64,000 nt of DNA, from the NCBI GenBank assembly GCA_964499445.1, contig CAZCLE010000002.1, positions 19,677 to 83,676 on the forward strand. The letters run 5' to 3'. How positions within the stretch are numbered: position 1 is the stretch's first letter; every line of letters starts with the position of its first letter. Below the pieces are notes generated by a model, which was not told where the DNA came from, ran no database searches, and saw only the letters and a program-made list of their open reading frames with translations. Source of the DNA: an uncultured Dehalococcoidales bacterium. Its GTDB lineage: Bacteria > Chloroflexota > Dehalococcoidia > Dehalococcoidales > GCA-2688105. The position numbers were made by a program, and so were the translations under genes. This document shows positions 26,872 to 34,996 of the stretch, piece after piece.

Positions 26872-27807
26872 TTGATGCTTAAATATGACTTGAAACAAAA
26901 GGTCTGTAACATTGGTGGTGTGAAAGTAGGCGGTCAGCCGGGAGAGAATCCCCCTCTTCTAATCGGCAATATGTTCCAGAAGGGGGACATACTCATTGAG
27001 AGCCGGAAGGAGCGCAAGTTCAACAAGGAGGGAGCTAAGGAGCGCATCCACGAGATGGAGCGCCTCTCCCAGGAGACAGGTGTGCCCGGCTTGGTAGGCA
27101 TGGTCGCTAACGCTCTAGATGAAGTAAAGACTTATGTGGACTTTTTTACCAGCGTGACCAAGATGCCTTTTGCCATTGATATCTGGGTGCAGAAGACGAG
27201 ACTAGCCGCAGCCCGCTATGTGGCTGAGCTAGGGCTCCAGGACCGATTACTTTACAACAGCATCACCCCCTGGGACGAGGACATCGAAGCCCAGGTGGCG
27301 GAACTCAAGGAACTGGGTATCAAGCATGTTGTAATTCAGGCGTTTGATGTAGAGGATATGGGGCCCCGAGGCAGGGTCTCGTCACTCAAGAAGTTGCTAC
27401 CTATGGTGGAGAAGGGGAATTTTGAGAGCATCTTGGTGGACACAGCGGTAATGGGCTTACCGCTGACCGCCTTCTCGTTGATAGGCAATCGTCTGGTCAA
27501 GGAGGAGTTTGGACTACCGGTGGGCTGTGCTCCCTCCAACGGCACCTACATGTGGAAGAAAGCTGTGGGAGCGGAGGGCGCAAGCAAGTTCCCGCCTGTG
27601 GATGCTGCTATAGAGGCAATAACCGCTATGGGAAGCGACTTTATTTTCTATGGTCCCATGACCGGCACCGGCAGGGTCTTCGCTGCGGTGGCTGCCGCTA
27701 TCAGCCTGCTTGCCACCTGGGCTTATGACGAGGGAGCACCCTTACCCACTGAGGGTCACCCTTTGAATCTACTCTTCCCTGAGGTAGTAGAGCAATTATC
27801 AAAATAA
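26872..27807 (+). CDS. mtrH: MtrH-family methyl-corrinoid:pterin methyltransferase
   Basis: 311 aa. N-terminal GGVKVGGQPGENPPLLIGNMF matches the MtrH signature FGGQPGE. The rest is collinear with my recollection of MtrH. The start could instead be the ATG at 26875. Confidence 0.8.
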   Translation: MMLKYDLKQKVCNIGGVKVGGQPGENPPLLIGNMFQKGDILIESRKERKFNKEGAKERIHEMERLSQETGVPGLVGMVANALDEVKTYVDFFTSVTKMPFAIDIWVQKTRLAAARYVAELGLQDRLLYNSITPWDEDIEAQVAELKELGIKHVVIQAFDVEDMGPRGRVSSLKKLLPMVEKGNFESILVDTAVMGLPLTAFSLIGNRLVKEEFGLPVGCAPSNGTYMWKKAVGAEGASKFPPVDAAIEAITAMGSDFIFYGPMTGTGRVFAAVAAAISLLATWAYDEGAPLPTEGHPLNLLFPEVVEQLSK

Positions 27808-27827
27808 GAAGGGGGAAAGAAATAATT

Positions 27828-28916
27828 ATGGGAGCAGAACTTAGTTCCAGAGAGCGAGTGCTTCGATTTCTTAGGAAGGAAAAGGTAGACCGCATCCCCT
27901 GTTTCTCTGGCATGGGGAATGTACTGGTGGAAGAGGTAGAGCGTCTTGGTTGGCGTTTCGGAGATTTGCACCGAGATGCTCATAAGATGGCAATGGCGGC
28001 AGCAGCCACATACCCAGCCACCGGGTTTGAGTGTGCCGTAGTTCCCTATGATTACCACCTAGAGGCTGAATCATTAGGCTCCGTAGTTCGGTTTTACGAG
28101 AAGAAGGAAGGAGAAGAAGAAAGAATCATTTATCCTATCGCATTGCACGAATTGACGGAGAAGCTGGAGGACCTGGACCTTGAGGCGATAAAGAAGAAAA
28201 AGCCATTCGAGTTGGGAAGGATACCTCTAGTAGCTGATGCGATTCGCCTTTTGAAAAAGGAGATAGGCGACCAGGTAGCAGTCGGCGCTTATACCTTGGG
28301 TCCCTACGGCGTAGCCGGGGCAGTAGATTCTGTTGTTGACCTATCTAAGAATGTAGTGAAGAATAGAGACCTGGTGCACAAGCTACTGAAGGTTCTGACT
28401 GACTACATCGCTCAGGAGGTTAAGTTTTTCAGAGAGGCTGGCGCCGACTATGTGTGTATCCGTGAGATGACATGCGCGACAGATCTTTTAAGCCCGAAGA
28501 CGTATGAAGACCTGATTTTGCCTCATTTGCAGGACTTGTTCTCCCAGATAGACCACCCAAGGATTCTGCATACCTGTGGCGACACAGATGACGATATGAT
28601 ATATATGATTAAAACCGGGGCTGATTTCATCTCCGTAGAGCAAAAGAATCATATATGGAAGTCAAGGGAGACGATGAAGGGGACTGATATACGCCTCATG
28701 GGGAACTTGGACGTCTACCAATTGATGGCGATGTCGACACCTGAACAGATTGACCAGCAAGCCAAGCTAGTTATTGGTGAAGGTCTTGACGCATTATGGC
28801 CTGCCTGTGATATATGGCCAGAGGCGCCTGTGAAGAACATAAAAGCGCTGGTGGAAGCAGCCAAGAAATACAGCGACCCTGAGAACCCGGTCCCGGGGAC
28901 TCTCTGGTCCAAGTGA
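27828..28916 (+). CDS. MtaA/CmuA-type corrinoid methyltransferase (URO-D family), paralog 2
   Basis: 362 aa. Motifs: SRERVLRFLRKEKVDRIPCFSGMGN, Zn ligands LHTCGD and WPACD. Confidence 0.8.
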   Translation: MGAELSSRERVLRFLRKEKVDRIPCFSGMGNVLVEEVERLGWRFGDLHRDAHKMAMAAAATYPATGFECAVVPYDYHLEAESLGSVVRFYEKKEGEEERIIYPIALHELTEKLEDLDLEAIKKKKPFELGRIPLVADAIRLLKKEIGDQVAVGAYTLGPYGVAGAVDSVVDLSKNVVKNRDLVHKLLKVLTDYIAQEVKFFREAGADYVCIREMTCATDLLSPKTYEDLILPHLQDLFSQIDHPRILHTCGDTDDDMIYMIKTGADFISVEQKNHIWKSRETMKGTDIRLMGNLDVYQLMAMSTPEQIDQQAKLVIGEGLDALWPACDIWPEAPVKNIKALVEAAKKYSDPENPVPGTLWSK

Positions 28917-28932
28917 AGATAGCTAACGCCTG

Positions 28933-29085
28933 GGGTGTTAATGCTGTCACATGGCCGGAGTGTGATATCGGGTTAACTATGCCCAAGTAAAGCATGGAAG
29001 TGCTAATGGCAGCGATGAGGAAATGCGTTAAGCTCGGGTAATCGCTGCTAAAATTTGCCAGCATTGCTTTAGTCATATTGCCCTA
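28933..29085 (+). pseudogene. 3'-terminal remnant of a URO-D methyltransferase paralog plus its downstream non-coding tail
   Basis: About 150 nt align by eye at roughly 85% to 30067-30215, the last 35 codons of paralog 3 plus 45 nt after its stop. Conceptual translation GVNAV.WPECDIGLTMPK*SMEVLMAAMRKCVKLG* carries an indel and an internal stop. Confidence 0.6.
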
Positions 29086-29134
29086 AGATATGCTAAACCG
29101 CATATTTGAGATATAGTATGCAGAAAGGAATAGT

Positions 29135-30172
29135 ATGGAAACAGAACTTAATTCTAGAGAACGAGTGCTCAGGCTTTTTAGAAGGGAAAAGATAGACCGC
29201 ATTCCTGTCTTCAGTGGTCTGGGGAACATAACCGTAGATGGAATTGAGAAATGTGGTTATAAATTCGTAGGTGTCCATGAAGACGCACGCAAAATGGCGG
29301 ACGTGGCTGCAGCCACGTTCCAGATGTATGGCTTTGAGTGTGCAGTAGTCCCTTTTGACTTCGGGATTGAACCCCAAGCTTTAGGCTGTGAGGTTAATTT
29401 TTACCCTCACCATGAAGATGTTATCTATCCCACCATAAAAAAGAATCTTGCCGAGCATATAGAGGACCTGAATATCCACGTGCCCTCGGATTTAGCCAAC
29501 GCGGGGAGGATACCCGTGGTGACCGAAGCAATTCGTCTCCTGAAAGAGGAAGTAGGCAAGCAAGTGGCAGTGGGAGCCGTGATTCTGGGACCATATACCT
29601 TAGCCGGGCAGATCACCGACCCCGGGAACATGGCTAAGTTGGCGTTTAAGAAGCCAGACATGGTTCATAAGTTGCTGGACATTCTGGATGAGGTTGAAAT
29701 CGAGACCGCCAGGATTTATAAAGAAGCCGGTGCCGATTATGTAACCATCCATGAGATGGCAGCGGGAGGAGATATATTAAGCCCGCGTATGTTTAGATCT
29801 GTAGTACAGCCTCATATAGAACGAATCCTGTCCACTATGCCCTCGCCGAAGGTCCTGCACATGTGTGGCGATACGGATAGCATTGTTGAGGACATGGTAC
29901 TCTGTGGAGCCGATGCCATCAGCGTAGAGCAAAAGAACCATATAGCCGAGACCAGGCAGAAGGTGGGGCCTGATGTGCTCATCTTTGGAAATATTGACAC
30001 TTTCAGGTTGATGGCGACAGGAAAACCTGAAGATGTTGAAAGAGCGGTAAAGCGGGCTATTGACGAGGGTGTCAATGCCGTATGGCCCGGGTGTGATATG
30101 TGGCCAACCGTGCCCAAGGAAAACATGGAAGCGCTAATGGCAGCGACGAAGAAATATGGTAAGCTTGGGTAA
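29135..30172 (+). CDS. MtaA/CmuA-type corrinoid methyltransferase (URO-D family), paralog 3
   Basis: 345 aa. Motifs: SRERVLRLFRREKIDRIPVFSGLGN, Zn ligands LHMCGD and WPGCD. Confidence 0.8.
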   Translation: METELNSRERVLRLFRREKIDRIPVFSGLGNITVDGIEKCGYKFVGVHEDARKMADVAAATFQMYGFECAVVPFDFGIEPQALGCEVNFYPHHEDVIYPTIKKNLAEHIEDLNIHVPSDLANAGRIPVVTEAIRLLKEEVGKQVAVGAVILGPYTLAGQITDPGNMAKLAFKKPDMVHKLLDILDEVEIETARIYKEAGADYVTIHEMAAGGDILSPRMFRSVVQPHIERILSTMPSPKVLHMCGDTDSIVEDMVLCGADAISVEQKNHIAETRQKVGPDVLIFGNIDTFRLMATGKPEDVERAVKRAIDEGVNAVWPGCDMWPTVPKENMEALMAATKKYGKLG

Positions 30173-30433
30173 TCGCTGCTAAAATTTGCCAGCACTGTTT
30201 TAGCCATACTGGCTTCAGACATACTGAACGGCGTGTCGGAGGTATAGGGGTGGCAGAAATGATGGGCGTTAAGAGGGTTCAATAAAGGAGCCCTCCAAGG
30301 CTGGTGTGTGCTGACGTCGGGGCATCGATTTTTAGCTTCCGGTAACGCTTAAAGCCTTTTTTATCGGGTAATCCCAATGTTGACTAATGTGTGGTAAGCT
30401 TATTTAGAATTTCTATGAAGAGGAAGTAGGGAA

Positions 30434-31123
30434 ATGCATGATAAAGCTGAGCTGAGTAAAATAGGAAAGAAATTTTGGTCTTATCTGGAAATCTTGTGCC
30501 AGAAGGCAAAGGAGCTGGGAGCCTCAGAAGCAATAGCAATACCGGTTACTGATATAGTAGTGGATGAGAGAGCAAGGATAAAGTGCCTGGTGCCGGTGTG
30601 TTCTTTCTATGGTAGCAACCTGATGTGTCCCCCCAATGTGATGCCTATATCAGAGTTTAAGGAAATCCTCAAAGACTATCATGGTGCTATTTTAATAAAA
30701 ATAGCCTCGCCATCATCAGGGCCACCTGAGGAGTTGGCAGGTAAAAATGACTTGTCAAAGGCATGGGAGATAGTCATGTCTGCCAGAAGAGAGGATGAGC
30801 AGCTAACGATACCAACAAAAGAATACGCTCATGCTCTCAGAGACAATATGGAGCGACTGTACGAAATAATCAGCCAGATAGAGTCTATCTGCTTGAAAGA
30901 AGGATATTCTTTTGCTGCCGGCTTTTCAGCCGGTGGTTGCCTCTTATGTGACAGATGCGTTGGTATCGAATCCGGGTTACCCTGCCGACATCCTTTTAAA
31001 GCCAGACCGTCAATGGAGGCTATGGGCATAGACGTGGTTGCCACTGCCAAGAAAGCCGGGCTGCGGCTCAACTTTGGCCGGGATGAAGCCAGGGGATGGG
31101 TGGGGCTGATTCTGGTAGATTAA
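30434..31123 (+). CDS. DUF2284-like predicted metal-binding protein
   Basis: 229 aa. Cys clusters CLVPVCSFYGSNLMCPP and GGCLLCDRCVGIESGLPCRHP match my recollection of the DUF2284 pattern, which is often found near corrinoid enzyme genes. Confidence 0.65.
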   Translation: MHDKAELSKIGKKFWSYLEILCQKAKELGASEAIAIPVTDIVVDERARIKCLVPVCSFYGSNLMCPPNVMPISEFKEILKDYHGAILIKIASPSSGPPEELAGKNDLSKAWEIVMSARREDEQLTIPTKEYAHALRDNMERLYEIISQIESICLKEGYSFAAGFSAGGCLLCDRCVGIESGLPCRHPFKARPSMEAMGIDVVATAKKAGLRLNFGRDEARGWVGLILVD

Positions 31124-31283
31124 CCAGGTGGCTTCAACTCTAAAGCTGAGACGGGTAAAATGCATGTAACTTGAGCAAGAGGGAATAGGGACATGCTTGG
31201 TCCCGGGAGCTTTTATTAAAGGTATTGCTAATTTCGTGAGGGGAATTGTAGGCAATAGAAGAGGGCAAAGGTTAAAAGGAAAA

Positions 31284-31820
31284 ATGCCAAAAGGTGACAA
31301 GAAGACCACTGGTCTGGTGATTGTAAATACCGGCAACGGGAAGGGTAAGACTACGGCAGCCCTAGGTATGCTCCTCAGAGGCTGGGGCTGGGAGATGAAG
31401 GTGGTCGTGCTCCAGTTCATAAAACGTTCGGGTGCCAACTGGGGTGAGCACAGAGCAGCAAAACGCATGGGAGTTGAGATATTACCACTGGGAACCGGCT
31501 TTAGTTGGCGAGACAAGGATACCCAGACAAGCAAGTGCCAAGCCATCAAGCTGTGGGACTTGGCAAAGGAGAAAATCACCTCAGGGGCATATGACATGGT
31601 AATACTGGATGAACTCAGCTATCCCCTTCGGTATGGCTGGCTATCTCCTGAAGAAGTGCTTGAGGTATTGAGGAATCGCCCGAAAGAGGTTCACGTAGTT
31701 ATTACCGGTCGGAATATTTCGCAAAGGTGTATTGATTTTGCCGACATGGTGACCGAGATGCGAAAGATAAAGCATCCCCTTCAGAAAGGCATCAAGGCGC
31801 AGCCAGGAATTGAGTTTTAG
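31284..31820 (+). CDS. cobO: Cob(I)yrinic acid a,c-diamide adenosyltransferase (CobO/BtuR type)
   Basis: I prefer the ATG at 31284 (MPKGDKKTTGLVIVNTGNGKGKTTAALG...) over the TTG at 31197 in the track. Motifs: P-loop GNGKGKTTAA, LDEL, and a C-terminal HP...GI segment. Confidence 0.85.
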   Translation: MPKGDKKTTGLVIVNTGNGKGKTTAALGMLLRGWGWEMKVVVLQFIKRSGANWGEHRAAKRMGVEILPLGTGFSWRDKDTQTSKCQAIKLWDLAKEKITSGAYDMVILDELSYPLRYGWLSPEEVLEVLRNRPKEVHVVITGRNISQRCIDFADMVTEMRKIKHPLQKGIKAQPGIEF

Positions 31821-31945
31821 TAAGCAGGGGCGGAATTGAGGGGTGGCATCCCGCTGGTGGAATTAGACTGCTCTGGCACCGCCGGGCAGATGTCTTTGCC
31901 GAACTATCCAGAAGCTTTATTGCTGTTAACACCCTGTCCAAGCAA

Positions 31946-33463
31946 TCAGCCATAATTCTTTCCCAGAGTTATTTTGTAAACCTGAGACATATTGAGGTTT
32001 TGCCTGATTATCTCGGCTAGTTTATCATATTGCGCCTGCTTGTCTATTGATATAGCTGTAGCTAATGGCAACCCCCGGAGCTGTCGCAGCCCGTTCAGGA
32101 AGGCATGGGTGAAGTTGGCGTTGTGAAATAAGCCATGGATGTAAGTGCCGAATATCAAGCGATTACTACTGACAGCGCCGTCAAAATAATCAGCTTTCCC
32201 TTGGGGAGTTTCCAAGACCTGAAACGCAGGCAGGCAGTTTTGATTTCTGGTTTGCCCCATGTGAATCTCGTATCCGGTAATTTCTATTCCCTTCAGTCCC
32301 TCCAGTAAGCCGCCATCGGCAATCACTCGAGCTTTAATTTGAGTAGTCGTTTTGGCGTGATTAAAAGTAGTTTTGTCATCGAGTAAGCCCAGTCCAGCAA
32401 CGCTGGTCTCTTTGGACTCGATTTCATAAGGGTCATCAACCGTTTTGCCCATCATTTGGTAGCCGCCGCAAATACCTATTACCGGTGTGTCAGTCTTAGC
32501 TCGTTGGATAATGGCTTGCGCTAACCCTTGTTGCTTTAGGTAAATTAGGTCGGCTATGGTGCTCTTAGTGCCAGGCAGGATAATCAAGTCTGGATTGCCT
32601 AGCTCAGCGGGATTAGTTATATAGCGAACCGTACAACCTTGTGCCTCCAAAGGGTCAAAATCGTCGTAGTTGGAGATGTGAGGCAAGCGTATGATAGCTA
32701 TATCCACATTCCCATTAGCTGAGTCTACTGGTCTTTCATCCAGGTAGACCGAGTCTTCTTGAGCGATGGCAATGTCCCTGAAGTAAGGAATCACTCCCAA
32801 GACAGGCTTGCCAGTGTTTTTCTCCAGAAAGTGCAGTCCTGGCTTTAGTAACTCAATGTCCCCACGGAACTTATTGATAATAATCCCCTTAATGAGGTCG
32901 CGTTCTTCTTTACTCAGTAGTTCTAGAGTGCCAATGAGGAAAGCGAAAACGCCGCCACGGTCAATATCGCCCACTAGAAGTACAGGAGCGCCGGCCATTC
33001 GTGCTACCCGCATGTTAACTATTTCTCTTTCTTTCAAATTTATTTCAGCCGGACTGCCAGCTCCCTCAATGACCACAATGTCGTAGGCAGAGCGTAGCTG
33101 GTTTAAGGAATCCTCTGTTATCCCTAGCAAATGAGGGGTATAATCGTAATATTGGCTAGCCTTCAGATTTTTAACCACTTTGCCCAGGACAATAACCTGT
33201 GAGCTAGCCTCAGCCTGGGGTTTGAGCAGGACTGGGTTCATATGGACTGAGGGCTCAATGCCGGCTGCCTCAGCTTGAACTGCTTGAGCTCGACCGATTT
33301 CGCCGCCTTCCTTGGTGACAAAGGAATTTAAAGCCATATTTTGGGCTTTAAATGGGGCAACTTTAAAGCCATCCTGATGAAAAATGCGGCATAAGGCAGC
33401 CACAATGATGCTCTTGCCGACTGAAGAGGCTGTGCCCTGTATCATCAAAGTCTTAGCTGTCAT
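31946..33463 (-). CDS. cobQ: Cobyric acid synthase
   Basis: 505 aa. Motifs: MIQGTASSVGKS, EGAGSPAEINL, and a C-terminal GATase domain with GICGGYQMMG and YEIHMG. Confidence 0.9.
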   Translation of the reverse strand: MTAKTLMIQGTASSVGKSIIVAALCRIFHQDGFKVAPFKAQNMALNSFVTKEGGEIGRAQAVQAEAAGIEPSVHMNPVLLKPQAEASSQVIVLGKVVKNLKASQYYDYTPHLLGITEDSLNQLRSAYDIVVIEGAGSPAEINLKEREIVNMRVARMAGAPVLLVGDIDRGGVFAFLIGTLELLSKEERDLIKGIIINKFRGDIELLKPGLHFLEKNTGKPVLGVIPYFRDIAIAQEDSVYLDERPVDSANGNVDIAIIRLPHISNYDDFDPLEAQGCTVRYITNPAELGNPDLIILPGTKSTIADLIYLKQQGLAQAIIQRAKTDTPVIGICGGYQMMGKTVDDPYEIESKETSVAGLGLLDDKTTFNHAKTTTQIKARVIADGGLLEGLKGIEITGYEIHMGQTRNQNCLPAFQVLETPQGKADYFDGAVSSNRLIFGTYIHGLFHNANFTHAFLNGLRQLRGLPLATAISIDKQAQYDKLAEIIRQNLNMSQVYKITLGKNYG

Positions 33464-33588
33464 GATAGTAAACTCCGGCGTCTTCTATAGCTGTGCTTAA
33501 CCTGCGGCATTGTTAACTTTGACCAATAAGAAGTTGGCTGGCGATGGCAATGACAGCAGGCCAAGACATGTCATCTCCTTTACTAAAA

Positions 33589-34569
33589 TTAATCTGAAGC
33601 GAATAGTTCCGGGTGTATCATTTCAGCCAGTTGCTCCAGCGCCTCTACAAACCTGGGTCCAGGGCGTCCAACCAGGTCGGTATATATCTCATATACCCGG
33701 TTGTTAATGCGGGCATCTGTATCCTTCAATCTCGACTCGGTGTTTGCAAATTGAAAAGGCAAATCAGCGCCTCCCCCCATACCGCTGCCGGCGATAATTA
33801 CCTGGGGATTTGCCTGGATGACTGCCTCTAAACTAATCGTCGGATAACCTTCACCGACGTCCTGGGCAATGTTTACCCCGCCAGCTAATTCAATTAGCTC
33901 GTGAATGCGGGTATGGGAACTCACCGTCCTCAATGGCTCATGCCACATAACGTAAAATACCCTCGGCCTTTGAGCCTCGGACAGAGTATCTGTCTTGTCG
34001 GTTACTGCCCTAATCCGATTCCTCATCTCGGTCACCAGCTGGGAAGCCGCCTCTTGCTTACCAGTGCACTTTCCGGTCAGGGTAATAGCTTCCAGTACCT
34101 CGTCAAGGGTTTTTGGGTCCAGGGTAAGGACGGTTAAGCCAAGTCTCTCCAGTACTGGAATGATTTCGTCCTTGTGAATATTAGTGGCTAATATCAGGTC
34201 TGGCTCAATGGCAACCGTCCTCTCTAGGTCAACAGTGCTATAGCCACCTATTTTCGGCTTAGCTTTGGCTGCCTCGGGATAATTGCAAAATTCTGTCACC
34301 CCCACCACTTTATCACCCAAACCCAAGGCAAACAGTACCTCAGTATTGCTTGGGGCAATAGAAACAATCCGTTCCGGGATTTTCTCTAATTTGACTACTC
34401 TACCCGCTTGGTCTGTCACTTCCAGTAGAAATGTTGGCGCCTCTTCGGCAGGCGGTGCGCAAGCTACAATAAGGCTGGCTAGTATTGCTAAAACCAGAGA
34501 GAGTGTCGCTAGCCTCCACAGCTTGCTTTTTATCCTTATCCCAGCAGTAATGCTATGCAATTTCATCAA
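33589..34569 (-). CDS. ABC-transporter periplasmic binding protein, BtuF/cobalamin-siderophore class, lipoprotein
   Basis: 326 aa. Signal peptide with LIVAC lipobox, plus RIVSIAPSNTEVLFALGLGDKVVGVT and a DLILA motif. It is directly preceded by a cobalamin riboswitch. Confidence 0.75.
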   Translation of the reverse strand: MMKLHSITAGIRIKSKLWRLATLSLVLAILASLIVACAPPAEEAPTFLLEVTDQAGRVVKLEKIPERIVSIAPSNTEVLFALGLGDKVVGVTEFCNYPEAAKAKPKIGGYSTVDLERTVAIEPDLILATNIHKDEIIPVLERLGLTVLTLDPKTLDEVLEAITLTGKCTGKQEAASQLVTEMRNRIRAVTDKTDTLSEAQRPRVFYVMWHEPLRTVSSHTRIHELIELAGGVNIAQDVGEGYPTISLEAVIQANPQVIIAGSGMGGGADLPFQFANTESRLKDTDARINNRVYEIYTDLVGRPGPRFVEALEQLAEMIHPELFASD

Positions 34570-34598
34570 GTATTACCTCCTAGCTAATACAATCGGAT

Positions 34599-34820
34599 AA
34601 AAAAACCCCCTCTGCTTAATACAGCAAGGAGGGTCATCACCGTGCTCTGGTCGTTTATCCCACCCCTTTCTCCGCGGAAGTTATAGGATATCCGGAGGCT
34701 CGGCGTTCTGGCTTCTGATAGGGTTTAACTAACAGTCACAGCAAGCGGGTCTGCGTCGGATTCTCACCGACTTGCTCTCCGAGACCTCCAGTAGCCTTGT
34801 TCTTTTTACCACAAACTGGC
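34599..34820 (-). promoter_or_regulatory. Cobalamin riboswitch with an intrinsic-terminator expression platform
   Basis: The minus-strand RNA contains GGAGAGCAAGUCGGUGAGAAUCCGACGCAGACCCGCUUGCUGUGA (conserved core) and a B12-box-like AAGCCAGAACGCCGAGCC. A GC-rich hairpin (34606-34634) plus U7 (34599-34605) follows, just before the SD and ATG at 34569. Confidence 0.7.
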
Positions 34821-34826
34821 ACCCAT

Positions 34827-34855
34827 AGGCTACCACTCTTCCCAAAGGCTGTCAA
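34827..34855 (-). promoter_or_regulatory. Candidate promoter driving the riboswitch leader
   Basis: On the minus strand: TTGACA (34855-34850), 17-nt spacer, TGgTAGCCT extended -10 (hexamer 34832-34827). Confidence 0.4.
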
Positions 34856-34996
34856 GCACCGGATATTTGTGTACCAGGTGGGTTAGTCCGGACTATATGT
34901 GTCCAGGGTGACTCCTATACTGGTGTGGACTAATCTTTTGGAGACTATCTTTGTATGGATACCTACGTCGATGCTTGATTTCTTGTGCCTGTGGTG

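Noticed and set aside
14530-30172. Pyrrolysine (in-frame UAG) methylamine methyltransferases in the island
   Set aside because: I saw no MtmB, MtbB or MttB-like sequence. All methyltransferase ORFs here are uninterrupted, and no pylTSBCD-like genes are recognisable.
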